This document shows, piece by piece, positions 59,155 to 64,000 of a stretch of DNA of 64,000 bases (its first letter is position 1; the number at the start of each line of letters is the position of its first letter). The notes beneath the pieces were generated by a model that was not told the origin of the DNA, ran no database searches, and saw only the letters and a list, made by a program, of their open reading frames with translations. The stretch lies in the IMG/VR virus record IMGVR_UViG_3300044796_000222, positions 29,014 to 93,013 of that record; one strand, written 5' to 3'. Origin of the DNA: a virus. The translations under genes were made by a program, and so were the position numbers.

Positions 59155-59702
59155 TACCTTCGCCTCACAATCTCAATCTTCACGCCGTACTTCGGCAAGC
59201 GCACTTGCTCCACTTCGTAGTGAACCAGATGGTCGTGCCTGTCGTCCACGCCGAGCCAGCGCGCCACGCCGTCGATGACGTGTTTCGCTGCGTCGAAGCG
59301 GTTCGTCGGGTCCACCGGCATCGGAGCGTAGCGTGTGATCATCACGTCGAGCGCCGGCTTGACCGCGTGCTTTCGCGCCGCCGCCGCTTTCGCTGCGATG
59401 AGCAGTTCGCGCGGGAAGTCTTTCAGGATCTTCGTCGGCCACCCGAACTTCTGCCCGAGTGCGCGGACGATCGTGATGACCTGGCCCTTCCCTTCCTTGG
59501 CGGTATTCGTCCACGAACGATGGTCGTTGCTGACCGTGCGGAGGTAGAGACCGAACGTTGCGACAATCGGAAGCGCATCGGTTCCACGGATGGACTCTGG
59601 AAGGAACTCCTTCGGCGTCTCGGCCTTCTTCTCGGCTTTCTGCTTCTTCGGTTTCCGGCGCACCTTGACGCCGAGGGAGAGGACTTCGTCGATGCTAGGC
59701 AT
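59154..59702 (-). CDS. RusA-like Holliday junction resolvase
   Basis: VMITR...DPTN....KHVIDG....GVDDR; GVKIEI end. Confidence 0.75.
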   Translation of the reverse strand: MPSIDEVLSLGVKVRRKPKKQKAEKKAETPKEFLPESIRGTDALPIVATFGLYLRTVSNDHRSWTNTAKEGKGQVITIVRALGQKFGWPTKILKDFPRELLIAAKAAAARKHAVKPALDVMITRYAPMPVDPTNRFDAAKHVIDGVARWLGVDDRHDHLVHYEVEQVRLPKYGVKIEIVRRR

Positions 59703-61562
59703 CTGAAGCCTTGTGCATGTCGATCGCCTCGATGAGACCTTCCGTGTACCCCTGCCATCCACGACACCACTTCGACCGGCACGAGCAAAGGTCGCCGCGT
59801 GCGATGCCCCACCACGGACAGAGGCGCGTCCGTCGATGAGAGAGTGCGTAGGTGACACTGTGCGGCCGCGCGGCCTTGAGAGCGCGACGGGCCGGCCTCT
59901 TCCCATGCGCGTACGGCGGATAGGGCGACGAGCCGCCAGCTCGGCCCATCCCGCGCACCAACACCTCATCGCGGCGCCACCAGCGACGATCGCGCGCGTC
60001 GTGTCGAGCCTCGATGCGCTCGCGTTTGCTGCGTCTCACGCCTTCACCTTACACCTTGCGCAGAAGTCCTGCCTCATGCCTGACGGACTGTCCTTTTCGT
60101 GGACCTTACGCCATCCAGGCACGGCCTTCCCGTCCAGAAACCATGACGGCGGCGGACCGTTCCGGCCGATGATGCGAGCGGTGCCGCAGTTGTCGCAAAT
60201 GATTCGCGGATCGCCATCGGCGATGCCGAGTCCACCAAGGGCAGCCGTACCAGTTCTGTACGTCACGACTTCGCCTCGCCTTCGGTTGCTGCGTTGGTCG
60301 GGGCGGGAGGATAGGGTGCTAGCATCGTAGACGTGCCGTTAGCCAGTTCTTGTATCCGCTCAAAATCGAGAGCGCTGTATGGCAATTCGTCCGATCGTTT
60401 GATGGCGCCAGCGCAGTACGATTCGATGCACGAGAGCAGATGATCCGACCTCGATGCTTGCTCTACCGCCGCGTCCCTGTCTGCCGCGAGTTGCGCGCTG
60501 ACCTTCTCGGCGACGACGAGTAGCGCCTCCGAAATGGATCGCAGACGCTCCGCCGCGCCCCTGTCGCGCTCGGCGGCGGCGAGCCTCGATTCAATCTCGC
60601 GCAGCTCGCGAACGCGTTGCAGATAGTTGATCGTCGACGTCGGTTGACCCTCGACGGTGCCGCCAGCCTCGTGAACGACGGCGACCTCGATAGCGTGCGC
60701 GGCTGCCGTGAACTCGGCGATCTGGCTGGTGAGGGCGTCGACCATTTCCATAATGAAACGGAGCGTCGGCACCCGAATCATGATGCCGGTGGCGCGGATA
60801 TCTAGTCCTTCGGCCAGCGTCTCGCGCACATCGTCCATAAGTTTGGCATCCGCATCCACCCCCTTCACCTCGCTCGTCATCGGGGCTCCTTTGCGGCGTT
60901 CACCTTCGCGTCGATCGCGTCGAGGATTGGTCCGATGCTGTCGATGTAGTCGACGGTGCCGACGTAGGACGCGATCTGGTCAAGCCGTCGCAGAGACAAG
61001 TCGAGCGCCTGGTCGCGCCCTATGGCATCGCGCTTCAGCGTGGCCAGTTCCTCCGCCTGCGCGTCGACGAGGGCGAGTTTTTCGGTGAGGGCATCGATGG
61101 TCGCGAGCAGTCTCCGCGCGTCTCCGACGCAGCTTCCGGGCGTAACGTAGTGGTCCGTCTCGTACCACGGGCGGAGCGTTGCAACCTCGCTCGCGGTCAG
61201 CGGCCTCGTCTCGCCTGTCATTGGCCCCTCGCTTTGAAGTCTGTCTTTGCCAGGAACGCGCGAGCCGCCTCGGCCGTCGCGCATGCCTCAGCGGTGCTGT
61301 AGTAATTACTGCCGCTCAATCCACCGAGGAGCGCTGAACGCAGGATCGCGCGGGCCTCGTCGGTCTCGGCAGCCGCGTTGATTTCGTGCTGCTCTGCACG
61401 TTGCAGCGCGACCCGAAGATGATTGTTCGCAGCCGCCTGCGCGTCGAGCGCATCAAGCAGCGCGATTGCTGTCGTGCCGCTCATGGTGACGTCGTGCCAT
61501 CCGGCGCCGCGTCGGTCGTTGATGCTTTTTCTCAGCGCGGCGATGTCTAGGGGCGGGGTCAT
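59695..61562 (-). other. Small hypothetical genes (including 60036-60266, 60263-60880, 60877-61221, 61218-61562)
   Basis: Chain of overlaps; Ead/Ea22-like coiled-coil character. Confidence 0.6.
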
Positions 61563-62065
61563 GGCGACACCGCGGCTTGCTCGATCTCTTCACCGTCATC
61601 GTCATCGTCATCGTCATCGTCATAGACGGGACACTTCCGACCGTAGACGCGCAGATATCGATCGTTGGATTCCGGCACCTCCGCGAATCGAGTCTCGACG
61701 CCACCCTCGTAGGTCGCCTCGTACTCCCAGCCGCCCTCGTCGATCGACTCTACGTCGAACCGTGCGAGCGGATACATCGCGGCGAGCTTGGCGAAGATCG
61801 GACGCGGCACACCGTTCGCCGTTTGAAACGTGAACATGAACCGACGCGAATCAACGCCGCGATCGATGCGTTCCTTACGATCGTCGGGCATCAATTCGTC
61901 GAGCGATACGCGGCTCCATTCGTAGTTCCACGTTCCTCCGCGTTGAACGACGAGCATTTGGCCGTTACTATGGCGCGGACGCTCGATGACCAATAATTCT
62001 TCGCGATCGGATTTCCTAAGCACAACCATCGCTTCGACAGGCGGCCAGATGTTCGGTTGTGTCAT
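61559..62065 (-). CDS. Hypothetical protein with DUF1281/YubB-like C-terminal domain and poly-Asp tail
   Basis: FTFQTANGVP.PIF.KLA..YP...F.VES.DEG; (GATGAC)n repeat. Confidence 0.55.
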   Translation of the reverse strand: MTQPNIWPPVEAMVVLRKSDREELLVIERPRHSNGQMLVVQRGGTWNYEWSRVSLDELMPDDRKERIDRGVDSRRFMFTFQTANGVPRPIFAKLAAMYPLARFDVESIDEGGWEYEATYEGGVETRFAEVPESNDRYLRVYGRKCPVYDDDDDDDDDGEEIEQAAVSP

Positions 62066-62249
62066 CTCTTCCTCGGTTCAACAGGCACGACGCGGGCGAA
62101 CTTTCGGTCCTGCGGAGCATAGTTGCCGTCGATTGCGTCCTGCGCAAGTTCACGCGTCAGGAAAGTCTCGCCGACGCCTGGGAACCAGACGCGTTGCCAG
62201 CCGCCTTCGCAGCCGCGCGGGGAGACGCGGAGCTCGACTGCGAAGGATG

Positions 62250-62253
<4 letters not shown>
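62062..62253 (-). CDS. Hypothetical protein
   Basis: Overlaps neighbours at both ends. Confidence 0.55.

Positions 62254-64000
<1,747 letters not shown>

Noticed and set aside
61595-61625. (GTCATC)n repeat as a regulatory element
   Set aside because: It encodes the poly-Asp tail of 61559-62065.

Overview
This window is 64 kb of a GC-rich tailed-phage or prophage genome; neither genome end is visible. 1-24.7 kb (- strand) is a Mu-like contractile-tail morphogenesis operon: cement/fibre protein, TerS, TerL, portal, protease-scaffold, decoration protein, major capsid, neck, sheath, tube, frameshifting tail chaperone, tape measure, gp43-like protein, hub, spike and baseplate wedge genes. 24.9-64 kb is an early/accessory region of tightly packed small ORFs. 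It includes a TnpB-only mobile element, two RNA ligases, three HNH endonucleases, GroES, a radical SAM enzyme, a histone H1-like protein, an SMC-like ATPase/YqaJ/annealing-protein recombination module and a RusA-like resolvase. No Mu transposase, integrase, lysis genes, tRNA or CRISPR array was recognised. The most notable observations are: (1) a stand-alone, apparently catalytically dead paralog of the terminase ATPase domain (37223-37912), possibly a decoy; (2) a TnpB element bounded by 25-bp inverted repeats; (3) a roughly 600-bp structured non-coding region containing four TATCYC-N4-GGGATA palindromes inside a 13-bp inverted repeat; (4) a -1 frameshift site with about 170 nt of dual-coding sequence. 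All functional calls come from motif recognition and synteny by eye; no database search was run.
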